Shown: positions 51,804 to 60,917 of the stretch, in pieces | Numbering within the stretch: position 1 is the stretch's first letter | Layout of the letters: each line of letters opens with the position of its first letter | Source of the DNA: Escherichia phage vB_EcoM_ASO2A | Sequence record: MZ726793.1 | DNA length: 64,000 bases | Reading direction: 5' to 3' (one strand) | Made by a program: the position numbers and the translations under genes | The notes under the pieces: model-generated | Databases searched by the model: none | What the model saw: the letters and a program-made list of their open reading frames with translations, nothing else | Told to the model about the DNA's origin: nothing

Positions 51804-52529
51804 TTACTTGTTAATAATACCTGCAATATTAGGTTTGACAAAGGTCGATGGTTTCATGATCTTACCTTTATCATCAAAGAACACATACACTTTCTGTTTT
51901 TCATTATAAACAGCATGAACACCAGTGTATGCCCCTTCTGGACGATTGGCATTTCGTTCTTCAATTGCAGCGCATTCTTGTGCAATGGCTGAATCGATAT
52001 CCGAAGTTTTCCAAGTTTTCAGCAACTGTTGTTTAGTTGGATACTTGGAATCATTACTTTTCAATACCTCTTTAATAACTTTCTTTTCTGGATATTTTGA
52101 ACGGATTAGAGTGTCACGAGACATACGCATAATACCAGCAGCCATTAGTGCCATTTGAACTGGCTCTGTAAATGTTTGTTCCAAAGCATCAAAATCAGTA
52201 TACACAGTTGGAGTAAAAACATCGCCTACAGCATAGTCCAAGAAATTCATCGTATGTTCTTCACCAAAGAACATGTAAGTCAGATAACTGGATACTACAA
52301 AAATATCCGCTGCTGCATCCAAGAGTTCTACATGATCGTTTACTTTCGCGGCTGTTTCATACTCTTTAAGCTCTTCACGAACGAACCCGATTTGGGACAT
52401 AAATAACTCTTGAGTGAATTCAGGTTGTTCACCACCTCGTGCTTTGGCATTCCAATCAATTACGTGCTTTGCTGCATTTTTGAAAAATTCAGTATCGAAT
52501 TTAATATCTTTAAAAAAATTCTCGATCAT
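51804..52529 (-). CDS. MazG-like all-alpha NTP pyrophosphohydrolase (241 aa)
   Basis: REELKEYETAAKVNDHVELLDAAADI fits an ExxE...ExxD signature. Confidence 0.45.
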   Translation of the reverse strand: MIENFFKDIKFDTEFFKNAAKHVIDWNAKARGGEQPEFTQELFMSQIGFVREELKEYETAAKVNDHVELLDAAADIFVVSSYLTYMFFGEEHTMNFLDYAVGDVFTPTVYTDFDALEQTFTEPVQMALMAAGIMRMSRDTLIRSKYPEKKVIKEVLKSNDSKYPTKQQLLKTWKTSDIDSAIAQECAAIEERNANRPEGAYTGVHAVYNEKQKVYVFFDDKGKIMKPSTFVKPNIAGIINK

Positions 52530-52538
52530 TATAACTCC

Positions 52539-52721
52539 TTATTTAAAATAGCTTTCTAGAAAGTTGCTAATATTTACTACAGACTCACCCATGTAAATCC
52601 CTGCGAAACCGAAAACAAGCATACGTGGAATATTGAAATACCATTTATCTGCCGGAAAAGATGCCAGAATTACAATAGCAATTGCTATCAACATCATAAG
52701 AATTGTTGCTAAAATTATCAT
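52539..52721 (-). CDS. small membrane protein (60 aa)
   Basis: SD tggagg; two hydrophobic helices. Confidence 0.55.
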   Translation of the reverse strand: MIILATILMMLIAIAIVILASFPADKWYFNIPRMLVFGFAGIYMGESVVNISNFLESYFK

Positions 52722-52774
52722 AAAAATGCCTCCAGGTATTTTTCACAATGATAAGCTAAGAACATTTTTCCTCC

Positions 52775-53890
52775 TTATTCTGCTGGTTCCCAAGTGCCTG
52801 GGATCATTTCTCGAATACGAACACCAACAGGTTTTGTTGGAATACCTTCATCTGAAAATTCTTCATACTCTATTTCAACGAACTGATTAATCAAGGTAGA
52901 AGCATTCTCTGCTTTACGATAATTGATAGTCTCATGAGCATCTTTACGCATTAAGAATTCGACTACTTTACCATTTTCCATCTCGCCTGTCAACACTCCA
53001 TCACCATTTTTATCACTTTTTGAATTTATTACTTTAACTTCAAGCGTATGACGAGGCTTACGTTTAATAACATCATAAGAACGTTTATCAAATTCGTAAA
53101 CTCCGTGAGCATTACGATATACTACACCTTCAGCTTTCTCAAGTAAAGCTTTTTCATAGAAAGCATCAAACTGTTCTTGGTTTTCAATATACTCTGTATG
53201 AACTACACAAATAAGCTCATCAAGACCATAATCCTCCACTACTGCCTTAAGAGCAGTAAGAACATCAACACGTTTTTCAAACGGTAGATCTGGAACTGGA
53301 ATATCGTATACGTAATAGTTCAGCAAAGGTGTATTTGCATTATGCTTCTTCCAGGCACTGTTAATTTGTTGTAGACTAAGGACACCTAACCCAGCAAACA
53401 CTTCACCATCAAGAGGATGACCAACAACTTCACTAATAAAGTTTGGAATACCTTTCCAATGAGGTGGCAGGTTATACACTTCCCCAGCTTTTGATAAACA
53501 CTCCCCTTTCATGTTAATCATAGAACGTAACCCGTTCAGTTTGTATTGTGCATAACCAGGGAACACAACCCTTTCAGGATAATCTTTATAATCCTGGCAT
53601 TTCATTGGTGTGGAAGGAACATGGTTTTCAGCTTCTTCTTTTGTTTTATAATAGCCATTCTTTAACTGTTTTGTCCATTTGGCAAAAGCTTCAAGTTCAG
53701 CTTGTTCTTCCGGTGTTGTTTCATTGGAACGACCAATGTTTTTTGCTTCTGCTGTATAAGATTTTTCTGTGATTTTTCCACCTACCCTTCCATGAGCTAC
53801 AGTAACAACTGCACCATCTGTATACACTGTCCACTGTTTAAGTTTTCCTTTTGAATCTTTACCATACAGCGTTTGATTTGTTTGTTGCAT
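52775..53890 (-). CDS. ATP-dependent DNA ligase (371 aa)
   Basis: start ATG 53890 (TAATG overlap, GGAGGA upstream). QYKLNGLR (motif I with N for D), LDGEVF (III), YYVYD, AEGVVYR (IV), VIKRKP (V). Confidence 0.8.
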   Translation of the reverse strand: MQQTNQTLYGKDSKGKLKQWTVYTDGAVVTVAHGRVGGKITEKSYTAEAKNIGRSNETTPEEQAELEAFAKWTKQLKNGYYKTKEEAENHVPSTPMKCQDYKDYPERVVFPGYAQYKLNGLRSMINMKGECLSKAGEVYNLPPHWKGIPNFISEVVGHPLDGEVFAGLGVLSLQQINSAWKKHNANTPLLNYYVYDIPVPDLPFEKRVDVLTALKAVVEDYGLDELICVVHTEYIENQEQFDAFYEKALLEKAEGVVYRNAHGVYEFDKRSYDVIKRKPRHTLEVKVINSKSDKNGDGVLTGEMENGKVVEFLMRKDAHETINYRKAENASTLINQFVEIEYEEFSDEGIPTKPVGVRIREMIPGTWEPAE

Positions 53891-54111
53891 TAGTCCTCCC
53901 ATTTAAAAACTGAAATTTTCAATCTGTTACACACTTCATCCAAATCTGCGTCGAGTAACGTTGTAGATGTTGCCAACATATAATCAATGCTTGTGAAACC
54001 TTGCCCTTTGGCATAGTCAAACATATCTTCATACATATCTTCAAGATCACCGTCATCAAAAGTAGCTAGAAAATCCTCGTCCCCACTACGAACATAAAAT
54101 GCAGTACTCAT
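53890..54111 (-). CDS. hypothetical acidic protein (73 aa)
   Basis: ATGA overlap. Confidence 0.5.
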   Translation of the reverse strand: MSTAFYVRSGDEDFLATFDDGDLEDMYEDMFDYAKGQGFTSIDYMLATSTTLLDADLDEVCNRLKISVFKWED

Positions 54112-54296
54112 TCATCTTCATCCCAAGATTCAAAAACGCAGCAATCATCGGTTTCTATAATACCAACACGTCCGCAGGTATTGCAAGTGATTTTATCACC
54201 GTAGAATAAATAATTTTTATCACCCTCTGTGTTTACAGAGATTTCATGACTGCCACAAGGACAAGTCAGCCAATCAACAACGATATCTTTTTTCAT
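54108..54296 (-). CDS. zinc-ribbon protein (62 aa)
   Basis: SD taaggaggg; CPCG ... CNTCG. Confidence 0.55.
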   Translation of the reverse strand: MKKDIVVDWLTCPCGSHEISVNTEGDKNYLFYGDKITCNTCGRVGIIETDDCCVFESWDEDE

Positions 54297-54305
54297 AATC
54301 CCTCC

Positions 54306-54632
54306 TTAAGCGTTCAGTTCGTTGTTGAGTTCGTAAATCTCTTCTTGAAGAGCATCAATCTCTTCCTCCAAACGGGAGATCTCTTCTTTTAGATATACCA
54401 TTTCTGATTCTTTCTCTTCTAACTCATTTTCAAATTTTACTTTATTCGCCTCATTTTCATAATGGAGTTCAGCGTAATCATCGCGCATTTGTTCAATAAG
54501 ATGAATCAGAGACAAGATGTAATTATCTCCCGTTTCATCACGCCATTCTTCACCGTGGCGGAGAACGGTAATTCGTCCAGTATCTTCATCTAAAATTGTC
54601 TCATATTTACGATCATCTGTATAAATCTGCAT
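54306..54632 (-). CDS. hypothetical coiled-coil protein (108 aa)
   Basis: SD taaggag. Confidence 0.55.
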   Translation of the reverse strand: MQIYTDDRKYETILDEDTGRITVLRHGEEWRDETGDNYILSLIHLIEQMRDDYAELHYENEANKVKFENELEEKESEMVYLKEEISRLEEEIDALQEEIYELNNELNA

Positions 54633-54641
54633 TATTACTCC

Positions 54642-55046
54642 TTATTGAAGTTTAAGTGAACCACGAAGACGTTTCTCTTGCTGATCACGAATATATTGTG
54701 GAACCTCGTGAATTGAATCATTACCGTGCCTATTTTCAACAACTAAAGAGATAACTTGATAACCAAACTCTTCAGCAAGAGTTAGATAAGGTTTAAGTTC
54801 TTTCTCTGTGGTTGAAGTGTTAGAAACAATAATCTTGTTAAGATTAGATGCCATAGCATCACGAACAATACTCTGACACCATGCGTGTGCTTTACCTACG
54901 TTTTCTGGCTTCCAATCGTAAACACCACTTTCTGTGTAATGATATTGATCTGCCTCACAGATAGGCCAATAACCTTCAGAAATAATTTCTGCTACTGTAG
55001 ATTTACCAGCACCTGAAACGCCACGTAAAATGATAAGTTGTTTCAT
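54642..55046 (-). CDS. P-loop polynucleotide 5'-kinase-like protein (T4 Pnk kinase-domain-like, 134 aa)
   Basis: LILRGVSGAGKST, EADQYH, IIVSNTSTTEKELKPYLTLAEEFGYQV parallels T4 Pnk [45 protein letters not shown]. Confidence 0.6.
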   Translation of the reverse strand: MKQLIILRGVSGAGKSTVAEIISEGYWPICEADQYHYTESGVYDWKPENVGKAHAWCQSIVRDAMASNLNKIIVSNTSTTEKELKPYLTLAEEFGYQVISLVVENRHGNDSIHEVPQYIRDQQEKRLRGSLKLQ

Positions 55047-55979
55047 TTATCCTCCAAAGAAGTTTTCGATTTTTTCACGTCGCTCCTGCTGATTTAAAGC
55101 AGCCCATTGAGTCTTCGTAAAATTATTTCGAATCCATTCTAACAAAGCGTAATATTCTTCGTCAACAATTTGTTTGGCATTTTTTGGATTATCCCAAATC
55201 AGATCCCACTTTTTATCTCCACCACGCATAAGAAACTTCTTAGTAAGATAGTGTGGTGATTTAATTTTTAAAAGTAAGTTGAACGGATAGTTTGTTTCAC
55301 GAACTACAAATCCTTCGTGTTTACAATGTTTAGACATTTCAACAACATCTGAAAACTTAACCATTGGATGAACTTCAGGACGCTTAAATTTGGTGACAGA
55401 AGCAATTCCATCAAGAGCACCTTCAGGTAACATAAAACTTGTCCCATCAGGATTTTGAATTCTGGCACCAATTAAGTATGCACCTGGTTCTTCTTCGACA
55501 ATATGCGGATCAGAAGGATCACAGATTTCAAAAAGGAAAGTTGCTTTTGCACTCTCTATCCATTTGATGAAATGTTCTATGTCATCACACTCTGAAATAA
55601 TATGATTCTTTGCAATACTTGCAAAATCTGATTCAAGGCTTCCTGTTGTCGATACAATAAGTTGACCTTTATATACACCTACAGAGGCCATAAAACCATT
55701 TACTTTACGAACCACATCTACAAATTCATCCGCTGGTAGATCTGTGCCATTCTCAAAACGATTAAAAATCTTAGTGAAAGGCCAAATAACAACATTGTCA
55801 TCATCGTCAACAACGATTCCGCGACATTCTAGAAGACGAGAATCAATGTTCCACAGGTTATCCCAGAAAACTTTGTTCTTATACTTAAGAACAGATAGAC
55901 CAGAATACTCTCCTTCTTTATATGTTTTCTTATGAACTAAACCTTTTTCAACCAAATCGTCGCAATTAAATTTAGCCAC
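55047..55979 (-). CDS. Rnl1-type RNA ligase (310 aa)
   Basis: LECRGIVV and PFTKIFNRFE parallel T4 Rnl1 LECRGIMF/PMEKFFNLNE; RKVNGFM as the nucleotidyl-lysine motif; GTG start after aaggagag. Confidence 0.7.
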   Translation of the reverse strand: MAKFNCDDLVEKGLVHKKTYKEGEYSGLSVLKYKNKVFWDNLWNIDSRLLECRGIVVDDDDNVVIWPFTKIFNRFENGTDLPADEFVDVVRKVNGFMASVGVYKGQLIVSTTGSLESDFASIAKNHIISECDDIEHFIKWIESAKATFLFEICDPSDPHIVEEEPGAYLIGARIQNPDGTSFMLPEGALDGIASVTKFKRPEVHPMVKFSDVVEMSKHCKHEGFVVRETNYPFNLLLKIKSPHYLTKKFLMRGGDKKWDLIWDNPKNAKQIVDEEYYALLEWIRNNFTKTQWAALNQQERREKIENFFGG

Positions 55980-55980
55980 A

Positions 55981-56532
55981 TTACTCTCCTTTGATTATTT
56001 TGTGATGGTCTACAGTTACGATATCTCGTTTACTCATCATAGAAATTATCTCATCAAAATGTAAGATTTTTCCGTGTGCATCCCAACCCACATCTAACAT
56101 TTTACCATAAGCTTCATCAGGGAAAGATCCGTGGGAATGCCCGTGTAGCATGATTGATCCACGACCTTGCTTATTCCAGGAGGCCATAGGGTAATGGCTT
56201 AAGACGAAGAACAGCTTCTGATATTTCACTTCGTCATAATACACCACTTCTCCATACTCTGCAAGCACTTCTCGGTGTTTGCTGTAATCATGGTTCCCAA
56301 CACAATAAGTGATATCCCCTTGGAGGCGGGAAGCAATCTTACGGGTATCTTCTTCAGTCCCGAAACAGAAGTCACCCAAATGCCACATCTTGACACCTGG
56401 ACTCGTAGCGCATTTATTCCATGCTTCGATCAGTGCTTCTGTCATGTGGTCCATATCTTCCCACGGTCGATATTCAGGAGCAAACTCTCGTATACGTTTG
56501 TGCATAAAATGCAAATCACTTGTAATAAACAT
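55981..56532 (-). CDS. calcineurin-type metallophosphoesterase (183 aa)
   Basis: SDLHFMH, LGDF, VGNHD, LHGHSHG. Confidence 0.8.
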   Translation of the reverse strand: MFITSDLHFMHKRIREFAPEYRPWEDMDHMTEALIEAWNKCATSPGVKMWHLGDFCFGTEEDTRKIASRLQGDITYCVGNHDYSKHREVLAEYGEVVYYDEVKYQKLFFVLSHYPMASWNKQGRGSIMLHGHSHGSFPDEAYGKMLDVGWDAHGKILHFDEIISMMSKRDIVTVDHHKIIKGE

Positions 56533-56888
56533 TAGTATAATCCCTCGCTAAATAGGTCACGATCATGACCATTACGTTCGTAGTCAATCTGGTCTGCGTG
56601 TTTTGCAATAATGTATGCATCTTCACGACTCCACCAATTGTAGTATTGATCAATAAAACCTTGATTGTTTGGAAGACAATGCACTTTATCAAGCACACCT
56701 GCTTCTTTCAATACATTCAATTGTGCTGATAATATAGGATTTGCATGTCGAACACAAGGAATAATTAACTCTTCACCATTTTTCAGAATATATTTATTCG
56801 CAGCACAGACGATAACACGTTGCGCATAATGACCCTCACCAATCCAGGTAAGAGGTTGGTAACAAATATTGTTTTCAATACCACTCAT
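56532..56888 (-). CDS. hypothetical protein (118 aa)
   Basis: coupled to the downstream gene (TAATG). Confidence 0.55.
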   Translation of the reverse strand: MSGIENNICYQPLTWIGEGHYAQRVIVCAANKYILKNGEELIIPCVRHANPILSAQLNVLKEAGVLDKVHCLPNNQGFIDQYYNWWSREDAYIIAKHADQIDYERNGHDRDLFSEGLY

Positions 56889-56894
56889 TGTTTC

Positions 56895-57038
56895 CTAATC
56901 CTCCTCTCTTAAGTTATCCTCGATAAAACTAGTATCTGGAAGTAAAAGATCATTACTTGTGTCGGGCCAATCCTCTTCTTCTCGGTAGATAAAATAACCT
57001 TCGTCCTCTTCTTGTTCCGACCAAACCGAATGATGCAT
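56895..57038 (-). CDS. 47-aa acidic peptide
   Basis: not in track; SD aaggagag; MHHSVWSEQEEDEGYFIYREEEDW... Confidence 0.4.
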   Translation of the reverse strand: MHHSVWSEQEEDEGYFIYREEEDWPDTSNDLLLPDTSFIEDNLREED

Positions 57039-57047
57039 GTTCTCTCC

Positions 57048-57404
57048 TTAATAGTGCACACGAATCATTTTAATACCATAACGCAGCATGGATTCTTTTG
57101 CAAGCATGAATTTATCCCCAGCGGCTGGATTAGAAGTATGCACGAAAATGGTAGGTGAACCAAAGCAAGGTTTACCAAACGCCAGAAGTTCTTCCAGGCA
57201 CAGGAAAACATCATACCCATCTTGGTCAGAATCTTCACCCAAATCGTTGTCAAAATGCCACTCGTCTACAAAACGATAACCCTTCTGCACCTCATTCATG
57301 TAGCGAGAGGCAAGAAGTTCCTGTGATGTTTTAAACCAGATTGCATCTGGACAACCATAATCTTTTGGATCACGTAAATCATCAAGCCAAATAATAGTAC
57401 CCAT
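57048..57404 (-). CDS. receiver-like domain protein, possibly the cyclic-phosphate-processing REC family seen in RNA-repair loci (118 aa)
   Basis: IIWLDDLRDP, WHFDNDLGE, VHTSNPAAG; assignment from memory of the motif pattern only. Confidence 0.3.
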   Translation of the reverse strand: MGTIIWLDDLRDPKDYGCPDAIWFKTSQELLASRYMNEVQKGYRFVDEWHFDNDLGEDSDQDGYDVFLCLEELLAFGKPCFGSPTIFVHTSNPAAGDKFMLAKESMLRYGIKMIRVHY

Positions 57405-57414
57405 ATAACCTCCT

Positions 57415-57885
57415 CTAAGCTGGCATGATTAAAAAAGAACTCTCCACTTCAAAATGCCAATCATCTACAAGCCCTGATTCCCAATCCTTCTCTTCATGGA
57501 AAGAGCAAATCCAACGGTACATACCTGGCGGTGTATTCTCAACATCTTCTGGCAACCCGTAATCCAAAGCTGTCAAACCGTTCTCTGTAAAACTAGAATG
57601 GAGATTAGGAGCTTTCAATACAGAAACCCTGCCTCCAACATCTACAGCCACAATCCACTCTGTCATGTATGGGCTGTCATATTGAGGCTCATCAGAACCT
57701 ACCTCAACAGCCTCTGTGCGTAAGATGATAAGAGGCTGCTCTGTGATTGGGGCTTTGACAATATACCCGTGATCCTCAAAAAGATCGATAACCTCGAACT
57801 CATCGCCGTTTTCGACACCATAACTCTTATTCAAAGAGATAAACTTCGGGTTATCATCGTAAGCTTTAGTTACTTTAATTCTCAT
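57415..57885 (-). CDS. hypothetical protein (156 aa)
   Basis: SD gaaggagg. Confidence 0.6.
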   Translation of the reverse strand: MRIKVTKAYDDNPKFISLNKSYGVENGDEFEVIDLFEDHGYIVKAPITEQPLIILRTEAVEVGSDEPQYDSPYMTEWIVAVDVGGRVSVLKAPNLHSSFTENGLTALDYGLPEDVENTPPGMYRWICSFHEEKDWESGLVDDWHFEVESSFLIMPA

Positions 57886-58088
57886 TTTTCCTCCTTCACT
57901 TTAACCTCAAATTCTACAGGCTTACCCTCAATGTAAAAACACTGATACTCTGCCTTATCATCCTCATCACGAGGCCAAGTTACCAAGGAGTTATAGCAAT
58001 CTTCTGGTGTTTTGAAGATGTTTTTAGTCTCCACAGTAACATTCCCATTAAGTGTTGCCAATACCACCCACCCAGCTACAGGGATCAT
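57882..58088 (-). CDS. hypothetical protein (68 aa)
   Basis: ATGA overlap, ggagg upstream. Confidence 0.5.
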   Translation of the reverse strand: MIPVAGWVVLATLNGNVTVETKNIFKTPEDCYNSLVTWPRDEDDKAEYQCFYIEGKPVEFEVKVKEEK

Positions 58089-58267
58089 AGTGCCTCCACT
58101 TTCCACGTTTTACCCTTATCAACCAAGGTCTTTGCTACAGCATACTCCTTCCCATTAACAAGGAAATAATAAACGATAAAAGATTTCCCGATTGTTACTG
58201 TCTTAGTAACCTCTACACGTTTAACACCTTGCATGTATTTTGCCTTACCGGAATAGAGTAAAATCAT
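58085..58267 (-). CDS. hypothetical protein (60 aa)
   Basis: ATGA overlap. Confidence 0.5.
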   Translation of the reverse strand: MILLYSGKAKYMQGVKRVEVTKTVTIGKSFIVYYFLVNGKEYAVAKTLVDKGKTWKVEAL

Positions 58268-58545
58268 TTTGCATTCCTCTTGTTGTTGATAACATCCATA
58301 GCAGTATATGGTTTATTAGTGCCATGATACTCCAGAATCATTGGAGAGCCTTCTTGCACTACTTCAAAGATACCATAAACAGAACTTTCAGCAAATACCA
58401 TTTGCTTCGTGCCTTCATCGTTTACAACGAGAGAAAACTTCTTGCCTGTCCCGTTGAGGATCTCGTATTTCTTGCCAGCAGTGAATAATCCAGAGTACCA
58501 CTCATTATCTGTTGCTTTTACACACTTCAGGAAAGTCTTGATCAT
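58264..58545 (-). CDS. hypothetical protein (93 aa)
   Basis: ATGA overlap. Confidence 0.55.
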   Translation of the reverse strand: MIKTFLKCVKATDNEWYSGLFTAGKKYEILNGTGKKFSLVVNDEGTKQMVFAESSVYGIFEVVQEGSPMILEYHGTNKPYTAMDVINNKRNAK

Positions 58546-58895
58546 TTCTTTTTGCTCCTCTTTTTAGATTTCTCATACAAACCTAACACAGCCGCTTCTT
58601 TTGCACAAGTAGGAACTGAAGTCATCCCTCTTCTTTTTGCTTCTGGTAGTTGCAAAGTCCATATTCCCCACCAATAAATTTGGTCTGCCGTGAGTGGTTC
58701 AGCCATTGGATCTGCCTCCTGCTCCTCAAGACGTTGCAACGCTTCTTCAATCTTCTCGATTGGTGTGTCAAAGACGAATGCCTCCGTATCAAATTTATCT
58801 TTCTTAGGAACTGATTTGGCTACTTTGAGAACCTCGTTTTTCGGTTTCTTAGTAACGTTCTTTGGCTTTGATAACTTCTTCGGTGTTTTCGCCAC
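58542..58895 (-). CDS. lysine-rich basic protein (117 aa)
   Basis: SD ggagg then GTG; MAKTPKKLSKPKNVTKKPKN... Confidence 0.55.
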   Translation of the reverse strand: MAKTPKKLSKPKNVTKKPKNEVLKVAKSVPKKDKFDTEAFVFDTPIEKIEEALQRLEEQEADPMAEPLTADQIYWWGIWTLQLPEAKRRGMTSVPTCAKEAAVLGLYEKSKKRSKKK

Positions 58896-59088
58896 TTACT
58901 ACCTCCATACGATCTAAAAAGTCATTCACAAATCTCCAGTAACGTTGACCTGTTCTAAGATCTTCATAGATAACCACAGGATCAAACACTTTAGATATTC
59001 CGGCAGGTTTTGGAAATTCCACTACTGTATATAAACCACCTTTTGCTACACAAGAATAGGTTACGCCTGTAATTGGATAGTTGCTCAT
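58849..59088 (-). CDS. hypothetical protein (79 aa)
   Basis: ATGA overlap; 47-nt overlap with the next gene. Confidence 0.5.
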   Translation of the reverse strand: MSNYPITGVTYSCVAKGGLYTVVEFPKPAGISKVFDPVVIYEDLRTGQRYWRFVNDFLDRMEVVSGENTEEVIKAKERY

Positions 59089-59279
59089 TTCTTTACGTAC
59101 TCCATGATTGGGGTATGGTCGCCAGTAAGCGTAACACGGCTGTAGGACACATCTTGTGTCTTCAACGTATCAATCCACTCTAAGAAGTGTTCTTTAGCTT
59201 CTGTGTAGTTCTGTGTGCCTTTAACAACGTGTATACCATCTAGCGTTACACGGAATACCATTTGAATAACGTCTTTCAT
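59085..59279 (-). CDS. hypothetical protein (64 aa)
   Basis: SD aaaggagg. Confidence 0.55.
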   Translation of the reverse strand: MKDVIQMVFRVTLDGIHVVKGTQNYTEAKEHFLEWIDTLKTQDVSYSRVTLTGDHTPIMEYVKK

Positions 59280-59391
59280 TTCTTACCTCCTTTGTTGTCA
59301 AAGTAGCTTACCAGAACATCGTGAACCACACACATGGCAAAAATCAGAACAATTGTTGCCAGGATTGGGTTCTCACTAATTAGTGCTATCA
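59275..59391 (-). CDS. 38-aa membrane peptide
   Basis: not in track; SD ggaggtgg; MIALISENPILATIVLIFAMCVVHDVLV... Confidence 0.45.
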
Positions 59392-59699
59392 TCTTTAACC
59401 ACCTCCAATTGCCTTTCTAGTTTGACTCTGTTTGAGAACTGATAATGACACAACTTACATTGCATGTCAACAATCTGATCGTGATTTAACCCTACAATTT
59501 TAACTTCCTTTGCACCATCCCACTCCAAATACTCAAAGCCATCCAAATGATTACTCTTGTACAACAGGAATGCTATCTGCTTCCATTCAATCTGAATATC
59601 ATTTAAATGATATGCTGCACAGAAGATATCCTCATAGTAAAAGACGATCATTGTCATTGCTTCGTCAAGTACAACTACCTCTTGTCTTGTAAATCTCAT
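59376..59699 (-). CDS. hypothetical protein (107 aa), first gene of the minus-strand block
   Basis: SD taggagg; leader hairpin GCGTCagaGACGC. Confidence 0.6.
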   Translation of the reverse strand: MRFTRQEVVVLDEAMTMIVFYYEDIFCAAYHLNDIQIEWKQIAFLLYKSNHLDGFEYLEWDGAKEVKIVGLNHDQIVDMQCKLCHYQFSNRVKLERQLEVVKDDSTN

Positions 59700-60178
59700 T
59701 CTAGCCTCCTAAACGCGTCTCTGACGCACTTTTATATATAAGATGATAAATCACCTTACCTAGTAAGTAAACTTGCTCTACAGCCTCTTATGAAGCTTAT
59801 GTTATAGGCTATACTATTGCTACCTGTTTAAGCAAGGTTTTTGCACACAGAAAATAATTTTTAATAAAACTCTTGACTTTTGTGTTCGAAGTATGCTACC
59901 CTAGAAATCTATTAACGAGCGCAGCGAGTTAAGGTTTTAGGTTGGTGATGTAGTACTCTGTACTCAAGTACTGTACTCCGTACTAGATTAATAATTATTA
60001 AATATTAATAATAAATAATTATTAGATCTAACAAACAGGTACAGTGTATCAGAACTGGTACGTACAGATCAACTTCTATCAATTAAAAATAAAATAATAA
60101 ATTATTATAAATAATACTTGATCTATAGATTAGTATGAAGTACAGTACGAAACATCTTAACAAGAATGGAGGTGTGCA
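59700..60178. other. divergent intergenic region with a GTAC(T) array and two pure A/T tracts
   Basis: GTACT at 59953, 59960, 59968, 59973, 59980. GTAC at 60039, 60058, 60062, 60140, 60145. A/T-only runs at 59987-60024 and 60081-60116. Three GATC sites. Confidence 0.6.
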
Positions 60179-60364
60179 ATGATTAGTGAGAATCCGTGCA
60201 AATGGCATCATGTGCCTATTAAAGATTGTATGTCTTGTAATCCACGTTCTATTTATAACATTGCATCTTATGATGATGACAATGTGTTAGACGATGATGA
60301 AGGCTGGGAGGATTTAGATTGGACTGGTTATGAAACCAAAAAGGATAAAATTATTCCTAGTTGA
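60179..60364 (+). CDS. hypothetical acidic protein (61 aa)
   Basis: SD ggaggtg. Confidence 0.55.
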   Translation: MISENPCKWHHVPIKDCMSCNPRSIYNIASYDDDNVLDDDEGWEDLDWTGYETKKDKIIPS

Positions 60365-60389
60365 CTTAAGATATCCTTCGTGCTAAACT
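60361..60389 (+). promoter_or_regulatory. extended -10 promoter
   Basis: TTGACT 60361-60366, 17 nt, TGcTAAACT ending at 60389. Confidence 0.5.
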
Positions 60390-60401
60390 AGAAGTGAGGA
60401 G

Positions 60402-60653
60402 ATGCCGATCACTCCCCATTTGGGGTTCGAAGGATATATGCAAAATAGCTTTTATTTTAGGTGCCGTGCTTGTAATAGGCATTTGACAAACCACTCCAGA
60501 CGTGATAAAAATGGAGTCATCAAGGAATCAGACCTCTGTTCTATTTGCACAGGTTTGGCTTTTGATGATAGTCCCGAAAGGGTTTATCAGCATCAATGTA
60601 TAACAGACGTTCTCGTGTCAAACTTGGTAGAGGACGAACAACTAACAGATTAG
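60402..60653 (+). CDS. zinc-ribbon protein (83 aa)
   Basis: CRACNRH ... CSIC; start may instead be ATG 60438. Confidence 0.5.
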   Translation: MPITPHLGFEGYMQNSFYFRCRACNRHLTNHSRRDKNGVIKESDLCSICTGLAFDDSPERVYQHQCITDVLVSNLVEDEQLTD

Positions 60654-60661
60654 GAGGAACA

Positions 60662-60910
60662 ATGTCTCTATTAGAAAAACACGTGTTTGAAGATGGTAAC
60701 GGCAATGCAGTTTTTCTTTTCCATCCAGAAAAATACACATCTGAAAACAATGGTACAACTTCTATTGTAATCACTAAAGATGTTAAAGTTATTGATTTCT
60801 TGGCTCTGATGCGAGAGATGGATCTTGAAATTAATACTTTTAACGCAGAAGCTTTGGTTGTTGCTCTTCTGGAAAAGAAAGATAGTGAAGAAGTAGCAGA
60901 ATATGCTTAA
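60662..60910 (+). CDS. hypothetical protein (82 aa)
   Basis: SD taggagg then ATG 60662. Confidence 0.6.
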   Translation: MSLLEKHVFEDGNGNAVFLFHPEKYTSENNGTTSIVITKDVKVIDFLALMREMDLEINTFNAEALVVALLEKKDSEEVAEYA

Positions 60911-60917
60911 ATAACTA

